A DNA stretch of 64,000 nt. It comes from the human T2T-CHM13v2.0 reference genome, Homo sapiens. The notes beneath the pieces are model-generated. The model was not told the DNA's origin. It searched no databases and saw only the letters and a program-made list of their open reading frames with translations. The DNA lies in the NCBI RefSeq assembly GCF_009914755.1, contig NC_060926.1; one strand, 5' to 3'. A program made the translations under genes and the position numbers. Positions 1-14,438 of the stretch are shown here, piece by piece (within the stretch, counting starts at the first letter, position 1; every line of letters starts with the position of its first letter).

Positions 1-407
1 CCCTGCCTCATTCTTAATTATTTAGAAAATGTGGGCTATTAAGCCTCAACCAACTGGCATATCCCCAGTCAGTGCTAACACTTCTGTTACATACAGATGA
101 GGATTCACAATTGCAAACATCTCAAAAAAGAATTAAGGTACCTACACGTGCTTGCATGGTGGGTTCTTTATGTGCAACTGGTTCTAGCCCATGAAATATT
201 TTATCAAAGCTACAAAGGTGATCTCAGAAGCTAGAGTTTTATCTTGTGGGGTTGAGTTATAGACCACATCCTCTGGACTGGCCAGTAATGAATCATTCTT
301 TTCATACATTCTTAATCTATAACAGCTTCTCTACCTCCAATTAGAAAAATAATTTGACAGGAAAAAGATACAGAATTTTGGGAAAAGTTTGGCGAAAGCA
401 TATAATC

Positions 408-1263
408 AAGGCTGGTTACACAACTTGCTGAACCCAGTGTAAGATGAAAATGCAGGGCCCTTGTTTAAAAATAAAAAAACTTTCCCTTTTCTTCCACAAT
501 CTCTCTTGGTCTGTCACAGTGTCTTTTATTTGCTACTTCATGTTGTACTGCCTCAGGCACGGGGACACTTGAGGGACGCCATCCTGTGACTTATGCTTGT
601 GCCCACCAGCTGCCGGGGTCCCCCTCCCACTAGCGCCAAACCACTGAGAGAAATCTGTTTCCCTTTCCTCTGGAACATTTGCTTTAACCAACAGTGGACA
701 GGTGATCCCCAAGGGATTGCAACCTCCTCACCATGATACATAAGGTACCTGGATTGGGTTAGGCAAAAGCCTAGCCCCCCACCACATCTCCTACTAAGTG
801 TGCTGTGGAGCTGCCAGCCCAGAAAGAGGACCTGGCCACTGCCATGTCCCTCCCTGACATATGGGCAAGTGCGTTCTCATATGCATGACTCTGAAGGCTC
901 CTCATGCCCATACCCAGGCCTCCACTGCAGGTGGAGGGTGGCAGCACTAGCTGAGTGGTGATGGGAATGGAAATGGAGGGTTGGGTGGGGCTCAGAGCAC
1001 CCTGGAGATAAGAGCCTGGCAGGCCAGAGTCTGTCCCAGGAAGGCAGTGGGAGGCAGGACTGCTCTGGAGCCAAGGCTTCAAGTCCTCTGGCACATGCTC
1101 GATTGTGCCATCAGACTTTACTTACAAAAAAACGAATTGGAAGATAACATTGGTAAGAATTTTAAGACAAAGACTGCAGCGCATTAAACCCCAAACGAGA
1201 GGCTGTTATGAATGGGAATCCCTGGGCGGCTGCACTGGCAACTGGCCCAGGAAGCAGCCCCTG
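408..1263 (-). mobile_element. MER45-family (long MER45B/C-type) hAT DNA transposon
   Basis: Both ends match MER45 termini in reverse: CAAGGCTGGTTACA..CCCAGTGTAAGATGAAAATGCAGGGCCCTTG at left and AAGAATTTTAAGAC..GCATTAAACC..GAAGCAGCCCCTG at right. Confidence 0.65.
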
Positions 1264-2774
1264 CATGCATCCCTAAGTCCTGGTTGTTATGTACAGCATT
1301 TCACACCAAGATAGAAAATCCTTTAAAATAAAAAGTAGGGACGATACCATAACACATTATGTTACTCTTCACGAGTGGCGGTGCTGCATATTCATTGAGT
1401 CTCAGAACCCCACAGTATTCAAAGCGGCAGCATATGCGAAAGTATTCACTGAATATTGAAACAGCAAGAAAACAACCCAACAACAGGATCGAATCTGAAA
1501 TTAAATACATGAATGAGCATTCATTTAGCCAGTAAAGTTTATACACTAGGCAGAGATGCCAATTTTACACACTTATGTTTCCTAAATCTGAGAATATTTT
1601 TACAAAGAATGGTACCACTTAGGTTATTTTTTCCCTAGTGAATTGATCATTGTTTAGGAAGTAGTAGCATTTACATATGGAATCCACAAGAAGGAGCTCT
1701 GAATTCATTTTAAATATCAGGATTGGAAGTTTCTGTCTCAAGTATATCCGTGGAGAGTAGGACTGTCTTGAAGTATAATTAGTTCCAAGACAGAATTTTA
1801 TCAGCTGAGTCTTTGGGGAGTGATAGTATGTAAACACTTATTAAAATGGTGGGAGGGAACACAAATTCTGCATAAGTCAATTTAGATAGATGCAAATAAA
1901 ACCAAAGACTTTCTGCCCTCTGGGATTATTTGTTCCTTGGTGGAAGATATACGTCATATGCTAGATTTTCATCCATGTTAAGAGATAGCAAGAAAAGAGT
2001 AAGGATTATTTTGCAGCTTACAAGTGGCTCTGACAAACAAAGATATAAACAGTGTAGCTCGCAGAATCTGGTATTTCTCCCAGGGCACGTTTTGGGGGGT
2101 GAAAACATTTCTATATAATTGAATATATGAAAATATTGAGTTTTATTTTTATATATTAAGTTCTCACACCACAAAAGCCTGGACTAAAGTGTATTACGGG
2201 ATGTCTTGTACAAATATAAATAAGTAAATAGTGTATTGTAAACAGGTAAGACAAAACAACAGAATAGTTTATAAGACATATATTGAATCGCAGGCTGTTT
2301 TTCTACCTCTGTTCTGTATCTATATAAAGCCACCTAGTCTTTTAAGCAAGCTGGAGAAATAAAAAGTGTCATATAGGAGTGAGGAGTATGCTGGGCAGCA
2401 CCTGATGATACTCAAAGGGTGTGACCATGTCTTTAATCTTTCTTCTTGGTTCCCCAACCTGGCTTTGGGATAAAGATTGCATATTTTGCAAAAATTGGCT
2501 GGCTTTAACTGGCAAGGCTAAGTATTCGAGATTTTGTTGGTTATACTCAGCTGGGGAGTTTGGGAGATTTTTTTTTTGTACCCTTGTTACAAGGTTAATA
2601 GAAATGAACTGAGAAGGAGTTATATTGTTTGACATTGGCACTTTCCAAATAAAGGGTTGGGTTAGACTCAGATGGCAAAATACTAGAGGTCTTTCCTGGC
2701 AAATAGCACCACTTGCTCTTCTACTACCATTCCTTTGCGTTGCTTTTTTTTTTTTTTTCACCATCTGGCCTTAT

Positions 2775-2930
2775 GGTGTGTATTTATTTGCTTTTAATCT
2801 GTTCCCTCCACTGAAATGTAAGCATCATCCTGCACACAGTGATTTTGCTCTGTGAGCCTATCTCTAGAATGCAGAACTGTACCTGGCACAGAGGAGGTAC
2901 TCAATAATTATTTGAGAAATGAATAAATGT
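2775..2930 (+). mobile_element. L2 3' end fragment
   Basis: CCTGGCACAGAGGAGGTACTCAATAATTATTTGAGAAATGAATAAATG resembles the L2 terminus. Confidence 0.6.
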
Positions 2931-2959
2931 ATAATGTACATGATTTTTAAAAAATTGGA

Positions 2960-5590
2960 CTTTTTATTGAGGTCAAAATATATATAAAATTCGCCATCTT
3001 TATTGTTTTAAGTATACAGTTCAGTGTTAATAAATGTATTTATATTCTTTTTAAAAAATTCCTTTAATTCCTCCCTCCTCCATACCCTTCCTAGACTTTG
3101 GTTACCACCATTCTACTCTCTGTCTTCATGAGATCCGCTTTTTTAGCTCCCACATATGACTAAGAACATGCAATATTTGTCTCTCTGTGCTTGGCTGATT
3201 TCATTTAACATAATATCCTCCAGGTTCATCCATGTTGTCATATGGATGTACATACACCACATTTTCTTTATTCATTCACCTGTTGCCGGGCACTTAAGTT
3301 GATTCCATATCTTGGCTATTGTGAATCATGCTGCAATAAACATGGGAATGTAGATGTTCCTTCAGTATACTGATTTCCTTTCTTTTGAGTATATACCGAG
3401 CAGTGGAATTGCTGGTTCATGTGGTAGTTCTATTTTTAGTTTTTTGAGGAATTTCCATACTGTTCTCCATAGTGGCTGTATTAATTTACATTTCCACCAA
3501 CAACGTATGAGGATGCTCCTTCTCCACATCCTTGCCAGCATCTGTTATTCCCTGTTTTTTGTTTGTTTGTTTTTTATACAAGCCATTTTAACTGGGGTAA
3601 GATATCTCATTGCGGCTTAGATTTGCATTTGATGGTTAGTGATGCTGAGCATTTTTCATATACCTGTTGGCCATTTGTATATCTTCTTTTAAGAAATGTC
3701 TGTTCAGATCTTTTGCCCATTTTAAAATTAGATTATTTGTTTTTTGTGATTGAGTTGTTTGAGCTCCTTATATATTCTGGTTATTAGTTTCTTGTCAGAT
3801 GGATCATTTGTAAATATTTTCTCCCATTTTGTGGGTTGTCGCTTCACTTTGTTGAATGTCTCCTTAGCAATGCAGAAGCTTTTTAATTTAATATAATCCT
3901 ATTTGTTTATTTTTGCTTTTGTTGTCTATGATTTTGAAGTCTTATACAAAAAATCTTTGCCCAGGCCAATGTCCTGGAGTGTTTCCCCAATGTTTTCGTC
4001 TAGTAGTTTCAGAGTTTCAGGTCTCAGGTTTAAGTCTTTAGTCCATTTTGATTTGATTTTGATGAATGATGAGAAATGGGGTCTAGTTCCTTTCTTCTGC
4101 ATATAATTCTCCAGTTTTTCCATCACTATTGAGAAGATTATCTTTGCCCCATTGTATGCTCTTTGTGCTTTTGTTGAAGATGAGTTGGCTGTAAATGCAT
4201 GGATTTATATCCGGGTTCTCTATTTTGTTCCATTGGTCTATGTGCCTGTTTTATACCAGTAACATGCTGTTTTGGTTACTTTAGCTTTATAATAAATTTT
4301 GAAGTCAGGTAGTGTGATGCCTCCAGCTTTGTTCTTTTTGCTCAGTATTGCTTTGGCAATTCGAGGTGTTTTGTGGTTTCACATCAATTGTACAGCTTTT
4401 ATTTCTATTTCTGTGAAGAATGTCATTGGTATTTTGACAGGGATAGCATTGAATCTGTAAATGGCTTTGGGTAGTATTGTCACTTATCAATATCAATTCT
4501 TCTCCTCCCATGAGAATGGATTATCTTTCAATTTTTTTCTTCTTCATTTAAAAAATCTGTTTTATAGTTCTTACTGTATAGATCTTTTACTTTTTTATTA
4601 GATTGATTCATGGGTAATTTATTTTTTGGTAGCTATTGGAAATCTAATTCTTTCTTAATTTCTTTTGCAGATTGTTCACTGTTGGTGTATTTAATGCTAC
4701 TGATTCTTGCATGTTGATTTTGTATCCTGCTACTTTTCTGAATTTGTTTATCAGCTCTAAGAGTTTTTTGGTGGAGTTTCTAGTTTTTCTGGGTATAAGA
4801 TCATATTATCTTCAAACAAGGCTAATTTCTCTTCTTTCTTTACAATTTGGATGCCCTTTATGTTTTTCTTTTATCTAATTGCTCTGGTCAGGACTTCCAC
4901 TATTATGTTGAGTAATAGTGGTGAGAGTGAGCATCCTTGTTTTGTTCTAGCCCTTAGAGGAAGGACCTTCATTTTCCCCCATTTATATGATGTTAGATGT
5001 GGGTTTGTCATATGTGTTCTTTGTTATTTTGAGGTATGTTTATTCTATACTCATTTTGATGAGGGTTTTTATCATAGAGGTATGTTAAATTTTATCAAAT
5101 GCTTTTTCAGCATCTATTAAAATAATCATATGGTTTTTCTTGTTGATTCTGTTAATCTGATGTATCATGTTTATTGATTTTATTGATTTACGTACATTGA
5201 ACTAGACTTGCATCCATGGAATGAATCCCACTTGACCCTGGTGATTGATCTTTTTAATGTGTTGTTGAATTTCATTTGCTAGTATTTTGTTGAGGAGTTT
5301 TGCATCTATGTTCATCAGTGATATTGGCCTTTAGTTTTCTTTTTTTTGTTTGTTCTGCCCTCATCTGGTTTTGGTATCAGAGTAATGTCGACCTTGTAGC
5401 AAGAGTTTGGCAATATTCTCTCCTCTTCAGATTTTTTGAAGAGTTTCAGTAGGATTGGTATTAGTTCTTCTTTAAATGTTTGGTAGCATTCAGCAGTGAA
5501 GCCATCAGGCCCTGGGATTTTCTTTGATGGGAGATTTTAATTGTGACTTCAATCTCATTATTCGTTATTGGTTTGTTGAAGATTGCTTAA
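2960..5590 (-). mobile_element. L1MA-type LINE-1, 3'UTR and ORF2 3' portion
   Basis: Antisense L1 3'UTR and ORF2 sequence; minus ORF 3926-4126 ([37 protein letters not shown]) is ORF2p-like. Confidence 0.85.
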
Positions 5591-5802
5591 CTGCATATGA
5601 GTGGGTATATTTTTGGTCCCTTTCTGTTTCATTAACCTATCTGTCTTTATGCCAGTAACATACTGTTTTGATTACTGTAGCTTTGTAATATATTTTGAAA
5701 TTAGTACATTTGATGCCTCCAACTTTGTTCTTCCTTCTCTGGATTCATTTGGCTATTCATTGTCTTTTGTGGTTCCATATGAATTTTAGAATATCTTTTT
5801 CT

Positions 5803-6177
<375 letters not shown>

Positions 6178-8150
6178 TTAGAACGCTTTGGGAAATAGAG
6201 ACATTTTAAAAATACTAAAGGTTCCAATTAATGAACACAGGATATCCTTCCATTTGTTTGTGTCTTCTTTAATTTCTTCCATCAGTGTTTTTTAGTTTTT
6301 GGTTTACAAGTCTTCAACCTGTTTCACTAAACTTATTTCTAAGTATTTTATTCTTTTTGATGCTATCATAAATGAGATTGTTTTCCTAATTTCTTTTTCA
6401 GATAGTTCATTGTTAGTGAACAGACACACAACTGATTTTTGTATGTTGGTTTTGTATCCTGAAACTTTACTGAATTCATTTATGAGTTCTAACAATTTTT
6501 ATGGAGTCTTTAGGATTTTCTAGATAAAAGAATATCCCATCTGCGATTGTGACAATTTTCTTCCTCCATTCTGATTTGTATACCTTTTATTATTTGTTTG
6601 CAGTTGCTTTGTCTAGACCTTCCAGTACTAAGTGGCAAGAATGAGCATTCTTGCATTGTTCCTTATCATAAAGGAAGAGCTTTCAGGCTTTCACTGTTGA
6701 ATGTAATGTTAGCTGTGGTTTTGTCATATATGGCCTTTATTATGTTGAGGCACTTTTTTCTGTTCCTAGTTTGTTGAGACTTTTCTTTTTGTAATCAATA
6801 AATGATATCAGATTTTGTCAAATGCTTATTCTGCATCTATTGAGATTATTGTGTAACTTTTATTCCTTATTCTGTGATTATGGTGTATCACATTAACTAA
6901 TTTTTGTATGTTGAGTCATCCTTACATTTCATGGATAAATCTCATTTGGTCATAGTGTATGATCCTTTTGATGTTCTGATGGATTTGGCTTGTTAGTACT
7001 TTGTTGAGGATTTTTGCAACTATAATCATCAGGGATATTGATCTGCAGTTTTCTTTTCTTGTGATATTTTTGTCTGGCTTTGCTATCAAAGTAATAATGG
7101 CCTCTTAAAGTGAATTTAGAAATGTTCCCTCCTCTTCAATTTTTTGGAAGAGTTTGGGAAGAATTTCATTAATTCTTCTTTAAATGTTTAATAGAATTCA
7201 CCAGTAAAGGCATTTGGTCCTGGCCTGTTTTTGTTGGTAGATTATTGATTACTGTTTAATTTCTATGTTAGTTACAAGTCTGTTCTCTTTGTACTTCTTT
7301 AAGATTAAGTCTTAGGTTAGGTTAGGTTAGGTGTGTTTTTAGAAATTTATCCAGTTTTTTCTAGGTTATCCAGTTTGCTAGCATGTAATTTTTGATAGTA
7401 GTCTCTTATGATCGTTTTCATTTTGTGGCAGCAGTTGTAATGTTTTCTCCTTTGTTTCTGATTATATTTGAGTTTTCACCCTTTTTCCCTACTTAGTTTA
7501 GCTAATGGTTTGTTGATTTTATCTTTTCAGAAGCTCAAATATTTGTTTTGTTGATTTTTAAAATTTGTTTACCCCCATTTTCTTTTTTGTTTATGTCTGC
7601 TGTAATTGTTATTATTTCTTTCCTTCTGCTATCTTCAGGCTTAGTTTGTTCTACTTTTTCTAACTCCTTTAGGTGGAAAGTTAGGTTGTTCATTTGAGAT
7701 ATTTCTTCTTTTTAAATATAGGTGTTTATTTAATACAACTTTTGCTGAATTTTATAAGATTTGTTGTGTTACATTTTTGTTTGCATTTCTCTTGAAGTAT
7801 TTTGTAATTTAAAAAAAATTTTATTTGTCCAAATGGCTGTTCAAGAGTGTGTTTTTTGGTTTCCAAATATTTTTGGTGTCTTGTTTTTAAATTAATTTAG
7901 TCACTATGTATTTTTATTGAGATGTTTAATCTATCTATATTTAAAGTAATTGTGAAAGGGAAGGATTTAGTTTTGCTTTTGTTAGTTTTCTCTGAATCTT
8001 ATAGTTCTTTGGTCTGTCTTTTTATCTTTTGTTGTCTTCCTTTGTGTTGTATTGAGTTTTGTATTGAAATGCTTTTATTTTATTATTTTATTCTCTTTTT
8101 CTTTTGTGTAACTTCTATATACTTTGTGGTTACCTTTGGGTAAAATAACC

Positions 8151-8192
8151 ACAGTCTATTTTAAGCTAATAACAGTCTATTTTAAGCTAATA
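8151..8192. repeat. 21-bp tandem duplication
   Basis: ACAGTCTATTTTAAGCTAATA x2. Confidence 0.9.
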
Positions 8193-8500
8193 GCAAATTC
8201 AGTTGCATATAAAAATTCTACACGTTAATATCTTCCTCCTCATTTTATGTTATTATAGTTATAATTTATGTCTATTCACATTGGGCATCTTTTAAGATAA
8301 TTCTAGTTATATATTTTTTAAACAGTTTTGTCTTTTAACTTTTATGGTAGAATTACACATGATTTACCTACCACCATTACAGTAATACAGTATTCTGTGT
8401 TTGTCTTTATATTTACCTTTACCAAAGAGTCTTATTCTTTGTCATGCTGTTATGTTGTTGTTTAGTATTCTTCCATTTTAACTTGAAGAACTCCCAGTAG

Positions 8501-8885
<385 letters not shown>

Positions 8886-8930
8886 TGAATTATAGTTTTG
8901 CTGGGTATAGTATTCTTGGTTGGCAGACAG

Positions 8931-9075
8931 TATTTATTTATTTATTTATTTATTTATGAGTTGCTGTCTTGCTATGTTGCCCAGGTTGGTCTTTAACTCC
9001 TGGGCTTAAACAATTCTCCCACCTAGGCCTCCCATGTAGCTGGGACTACAGGTGTGTGCTATTGCACCAAGCTGG
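8931..9075 (-). mobile_element. Partial old Alu (FLAM/AluJ-like)
   Basis: (TTTA)n tail followed by a diverged Alu monomer. Confidence 0.7.
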
Positions 9076-10484
9076 CAGGTTTTCTTCTTTTAGCACTTTG
9101 AATACATCACTCCACTTTCGTCTGGCTTGCAAGGTTTCTGTGAAAAAGTCACTGATAGTCTTTTGGGGATTTCCTCTTATGTGACAAGATACTTTTCTCT
9201 TGCTGCTTTCAAAAATTTCTCTTTGTCTTAGACTTTTAACAATTTGATTACAAAGTGTCTTGGTGTGAATTTTTTGGGTTTCTCTTATTTGGTATCCTTT
9301 GGGGTCCTTGGATCTGGGTGCTCATTTCTTCCTCAGATTTGGGAAGTATTCAGCCGTTATTTTTTAAATACGCTTTCTCTGTTCTCCTTCTCAAACTTCC
9401 ATAATGTGTATATTGGTCTGCTCGATGCTGTACTATAAGTCCCTTAAGTTTTCTTTACTTTTTTAAATTCATTGTTTTTTCTTTTTTTGATGTTTATTTT
9501 AGGTTCAAGGATACATGTGCAAGTTTTTTATATAGGTAAACTCATGTTAGGAGGTTTGATGTACAGATTATTTAGTCACCCAAGTACTAAGTCTATTACC
9601 TAATAGTTATATTTTCTGCTCCTCTCCCTCTTCCTAACCTCCACCCTCAAGTAGGCCCCAGTATCTGTTGTTCCCTTCTTTGTGTCTATGTGTTCTCATA
9701 ATTTAGCTCCCACTTATAAATGAGAACATGCAGTATTTGTTTTCTGTTCCAGCCATTAGTTTGCTGAGGATGATGGCCTCCAACTCCATCCATGTTCCTG
9801 CAAAAGACATTATCTTGTTCTTTTTTATGGCTGCATAGTATTCCATGGTGTACATGTACCACATTTTCTTTATCCAATCTGTTATTGATGGGCATTTAGG
9901 TCGATTCCATGTCTTTGCTATTGTGAATAGTGCTACAGTGAATATTCACATGCATGTGTCTTTATGGTAGAATGATTTATATTCCTCTGGGTATATACCC
10001 AGTAATCAGATTGCTGGGTCAAATGATAGTTCTGTTTTTAGCTCTTCAAGGATTTGCCACACTGCTTTTCACAATGATTGAACTAATTTATACTCCCAAC
10101 AACAGTGTGTAGGTGTTCCTTTTTCTCTGCAACCTCACCAGCATCTGTTATTTTTTGACATTTTAGTAATAGCCATTCTCACTGGTGTGAGATGGTATCT
10201 CATTGTGGTTTTGATTTGTGTTTCTCTAATGATCAGTGATATTGAGCTTTTTTTCATATGCTTGTTGACCACATGTATGTTTTCTTTAGAAAATTATCTG
10301 TTCATGTCCTTTGCCTGCTTTTTAATGGGTTTATTTGTTTTTCTTTGGTAAATTTGCTTAAGTTCCTCATAGATGCTGGACAGATGCTGACCTTTGTCGG
10401 ATGCATAGTTTGCAAATATTTTTCCCCATTCTGTAGGCTATCTACTCTGTTGATAGTTTACTTTGTTGTGCAGAAGCTTTTACG

Positions 10485-10788
<304 letters not shown>

Positions 10789-12141
10789 AGGTTTTAAGTT
10801 TAATAGATCACATTTGTCAATGTTTGCTTTTGTTGCGATTGCTTTGGCATCTTCATGATAAAATTTTTGCCTGTCCTTATGTTCAGGATGGTATATTGCC
10901 TTGGTTGTCTTCCAGGGTTTTTATAGTTTTCAGTTTTACATTTAAGTCTTTAATCTATCTTGAGTTGATTTTTGTATATGATGTAAGGAAGGAGTCCAGT
11001 TTCAATCTTCTGCATATGGTTAGCCAGTTGTCCCAGCACGATTTATTGAATAGAGAGTCCTTTCCTCATTGCTTGTTTTTGTCAGTTTTGTCAAAATCTA
11101 GATGGTTGTACATGTTTGGCTTTATTTCTGGGCTCCCTATTCTGTTCCATTGATTTATGTGTCTGTATTGTACCAGTACCATGGTGTTTTGGTTACTGTA
11201 GCCTTATAGTACAGCATGAAGTCAGGTAATGTGATGCCTCCAGCTTTCTTCTTTTTGCTTAGGGCCTTGGCTCTTTTTATGGTTCCATATGAATTTTTAA
11301 ATAGTTTTTCTAGTTCTGTGAAGAATGTCATTGGTAGTTTGATAAGAATAGCATTGAATCTGTAAATTGCTTTGGGCAGTATGGCGATTTTAATGATATT
11401 GATTCTTCCTATCCATGAGCATGACATGTTTCTCCATTTGTTTGGGTCTTCTCTGATTTCTCTGAGCAGTGTTTTGTAATTCTTATTGTAGAGCTCTTTT
11501 ACTTCTCTGGTTAGCTGTATTTCTAGGTATTTTATTCTTTTTGTAGCAATTTTGAATGGGATTTTGTTCCTGATTTGGTCTTCGGCTTGGCTGTTATTGA
11601 TGTACAGGAATGCTAGTGATTTTTGTACATTGATTTTTTTTATCCTGAAATTTTGCTGAAGTTGTTTATCAGCTGAAGGAGGTTTGGGTCGAGACTATGG
11701 GGTTTTCTAGATATAGAATTATGTCATCTGCAAACAGGGATAATTTGACTTCCTCTCTTCCTGTTTGGACGTACTTTATTTCTTTCTCTTGCCTGATTTC
11801 TCTGGCCAGGACTTCTAATACTATGTTGAATAGGAGTGGTGAGAGAGGGCATCCTTGTCGTGTGCTGGAATTCTGGGGGAACGCTTCCAGCTTTTCCCCA
11901 TTCAGTGTAATGGTGGCTATGAGTGTGTCATAGATGACTGTTATTATTTTGCAGTATGTTCCTTCAATACCTAGATTATTGAGATTTTTAACATAAAGGG
12001 ATGTTGAATTTTATTGAAAGCCTTTTCTGCATCTGTTGGATAATCATGTGGTTTTCGTCTTTAGTTCTTTTTATCTATTTATTGATTTGCATATGTTGAA
12101 ACAGTCTTGCATCACAGAAATGAAGCCTACTTGATCACAGT

Positions 12142-14438
12142 TGTATCAGTCTGTTTTTATGCTGCTGATAAAGACATACACGAGACTGCGAAGAGGCTTA
12201 ATTGGACTTACAGATCCAAATGGCTGGGAAGGCCTCAGAATCATGGTGGGAGGTGAAAGACACTTCTTACATGGTGGCAGCAAGAGAAAATGAGGAAGAA
12301 CCAAAAGCAGAAACCCCAGATAAACCCATCAGATCTCAAGACACTTATTCGCTATCACGAGAATAACATGGGAAAGACCATCCCCCATGATTCAATTACC
12401 TCCCCCTGGGTCTCTCCCACAACATGTGGAAATTCTGGGATATACAATTCAAGTTGAGATTTTGGTGGGGACACACCCAAACCATATCATCCCACCCCTG
12501 GACCCTCCAAATCTCATGTCCTCATATTTCAAAACAAATCATGCCTTCCCAACTGTCCCCCAAAGTCTTAACTCATTTCAGCATTAACCCAAAAGTCCAC
12601 AGTCCAAAGTCTCATCTGAGACAAGGCAGGTCTCTCCTGCCTATGAGCCTGTGAAATCAAAAGCAAGTTAGTTACTTCTTAGATGCAATGGGGGTACAGG
12701 TATTAGGTAAATACAGCCATTCCAAATGGGAAAAATTGGCCAAAACACAGGGGCTATAGGCCCCATGCAAGTCCAAAACAAAGGGGTTAGAGGCCCCATG
12801 CAATTCCAAAATCCAGCAGAGCAGTCAAATTTTAGAGCTCCAAAATGATCTTTGACTCAGGTCTCACATCCAGGTCATGCTGATGCAAAAAGTGGGCTCT
12901 CATGGTCATGGGCAGCTCCGCCCTTGTGGCTTTGCAGGGTGCAACCTCCCTCCTGGCTGCTTTCATGGGTTGGCGCTGAGTGTCTTTTCCAGGCATACAG
13001 TGCAAGCTGTCAGTGGATCTACCATTTTGGTTTCTGGAAGATGGTGGCCCTCTTCTCACAGCTCCACTAGGCAGTGCCCCAGTAGAGACTCTGTGTGGGG
13101 ACTCTGACCTCACATTTCCCTTCCACACTGCCCCAGCAGAGGTTCTTCACAAGGGCCCCGCCCCTGCAGCAAATTTCTACCTGGGCATCCAGGTGTTTCC
13201 ATATATCTTCTGAAATCTAGGGAGAGGTTCCCAAATATCAATTATTGACTTCTCTGTACCTGCAGGCTCAACACCACATGGAAGCTGCCAAGGTCTGGGG
13301 CTTCCACCCTCTGAAGCCACAGCCTGAGCTCCACATTGGCCCCTTTCAGCCATGGCTGGAGTGGCTGAGACACAGAGCACCAAGTCCCTAGGCTGCACAC
13401 AGCACCAGGACCAAGGGCCTGGCCCATGAAACCACTTTTTCCTCCAGGGCCTCCAGGCCTGTTATGGTGGCAGCTGCCATGAAAGTCTCTGACATGGCCT
13501 GGAGACATTTTCCCCATGGTCTTGGGGATTAACATTACGCTCCTTGTTACTTATGCAAATTTATGCAGCCAGCTTGAATTTCTCCTCAAAAAATGGGTTT
13601 TTCTTTTCTACAGCATCAAGTTGCAAATTTTCTGAACTTTCATGCTCTGTTTCCCTTTTAAAATGGAATGCTTTTAACAGCACCCAAGTCACATTTTGAA
13701 TGCTTTGCGGCTTAAAAATTTCTTCTGCTAGATACCCTAAATCATCTCTCTCATGTTCAGAGTCCCACAAATCTCTAGGGCAGAGGCAAAATGCTGCCAG
13801 TCTCTTTGCTAAAACATAACAAGAGTCATCTTTGCTCCATTTCCCAACAAGTTCCTCATCTCCATCTGAGACCATCTCAGCCTGGACCTTATTGTTCATA
13901 TCACTATCAACATTTTTGTTAAAGCCATTCAACAAGTCTCTAGAAGGTTCCAAACTTTCCCACATTTTCCTGTCTTCTGAGCCCCTCAAACTTTTCCATC
14001 CTATGCCTGTTACCCAATTCCAATGTTGCTTCCACATTTTTGGGTCTCTTTCACCAATGCCCCACTCTACTGGTACCAATTTACTGTATTAATCTGTGTT
14101 CATGCTGCTGATAAAGACATACCTGAGACTGGGAAGAAAAAGAGGTTTAATTGGACTTACAGTTCCACATGGCTGAGGAGGCCTCAGAATCATGGTGGGA
14201 GGTGAAAGATACTTCTTACATGGTGGCAGCAAGAGAAAATGAGGAAGAAGCAAAAGTGGAAACCCCTCATAAACTCATCAGATCTCATGAGACTTAATCA
14301 CGATCACAAGAGTAGCACAGGAAAGACCAACCCCCGTTATTCAATTACTTTTCCCTGGGTCCCTCCCACAACATGTGGAAATTCTGGGAGATACAATTCA
14401 AACTGAGATCTGGGTGGGGACACAGCCAAACCATATCT
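12142..14438 (-). mobile_element. Complete THE1A (ERVL-MaLR) provirus: LTR 12142-12489, internal 12490-14084, LTR 14085-14438
   Basis: Two ~350-bp direct LTRs; perfect 5-bp TSD ACAGT (12137-12141 and 14439-14443); host L1 rejoins seamlessly; internal ORF remnant 13561-14079 (DRKMWESLE..DDLGYLAEEI) typical of THE1-int. Confidence 0.93.

Noticed and set aside
7312-7331. (TTAGG)4 telomere-like repeat
   Set aside because: Not the vertebrate TTAGGG unit; short slippage within an L1.
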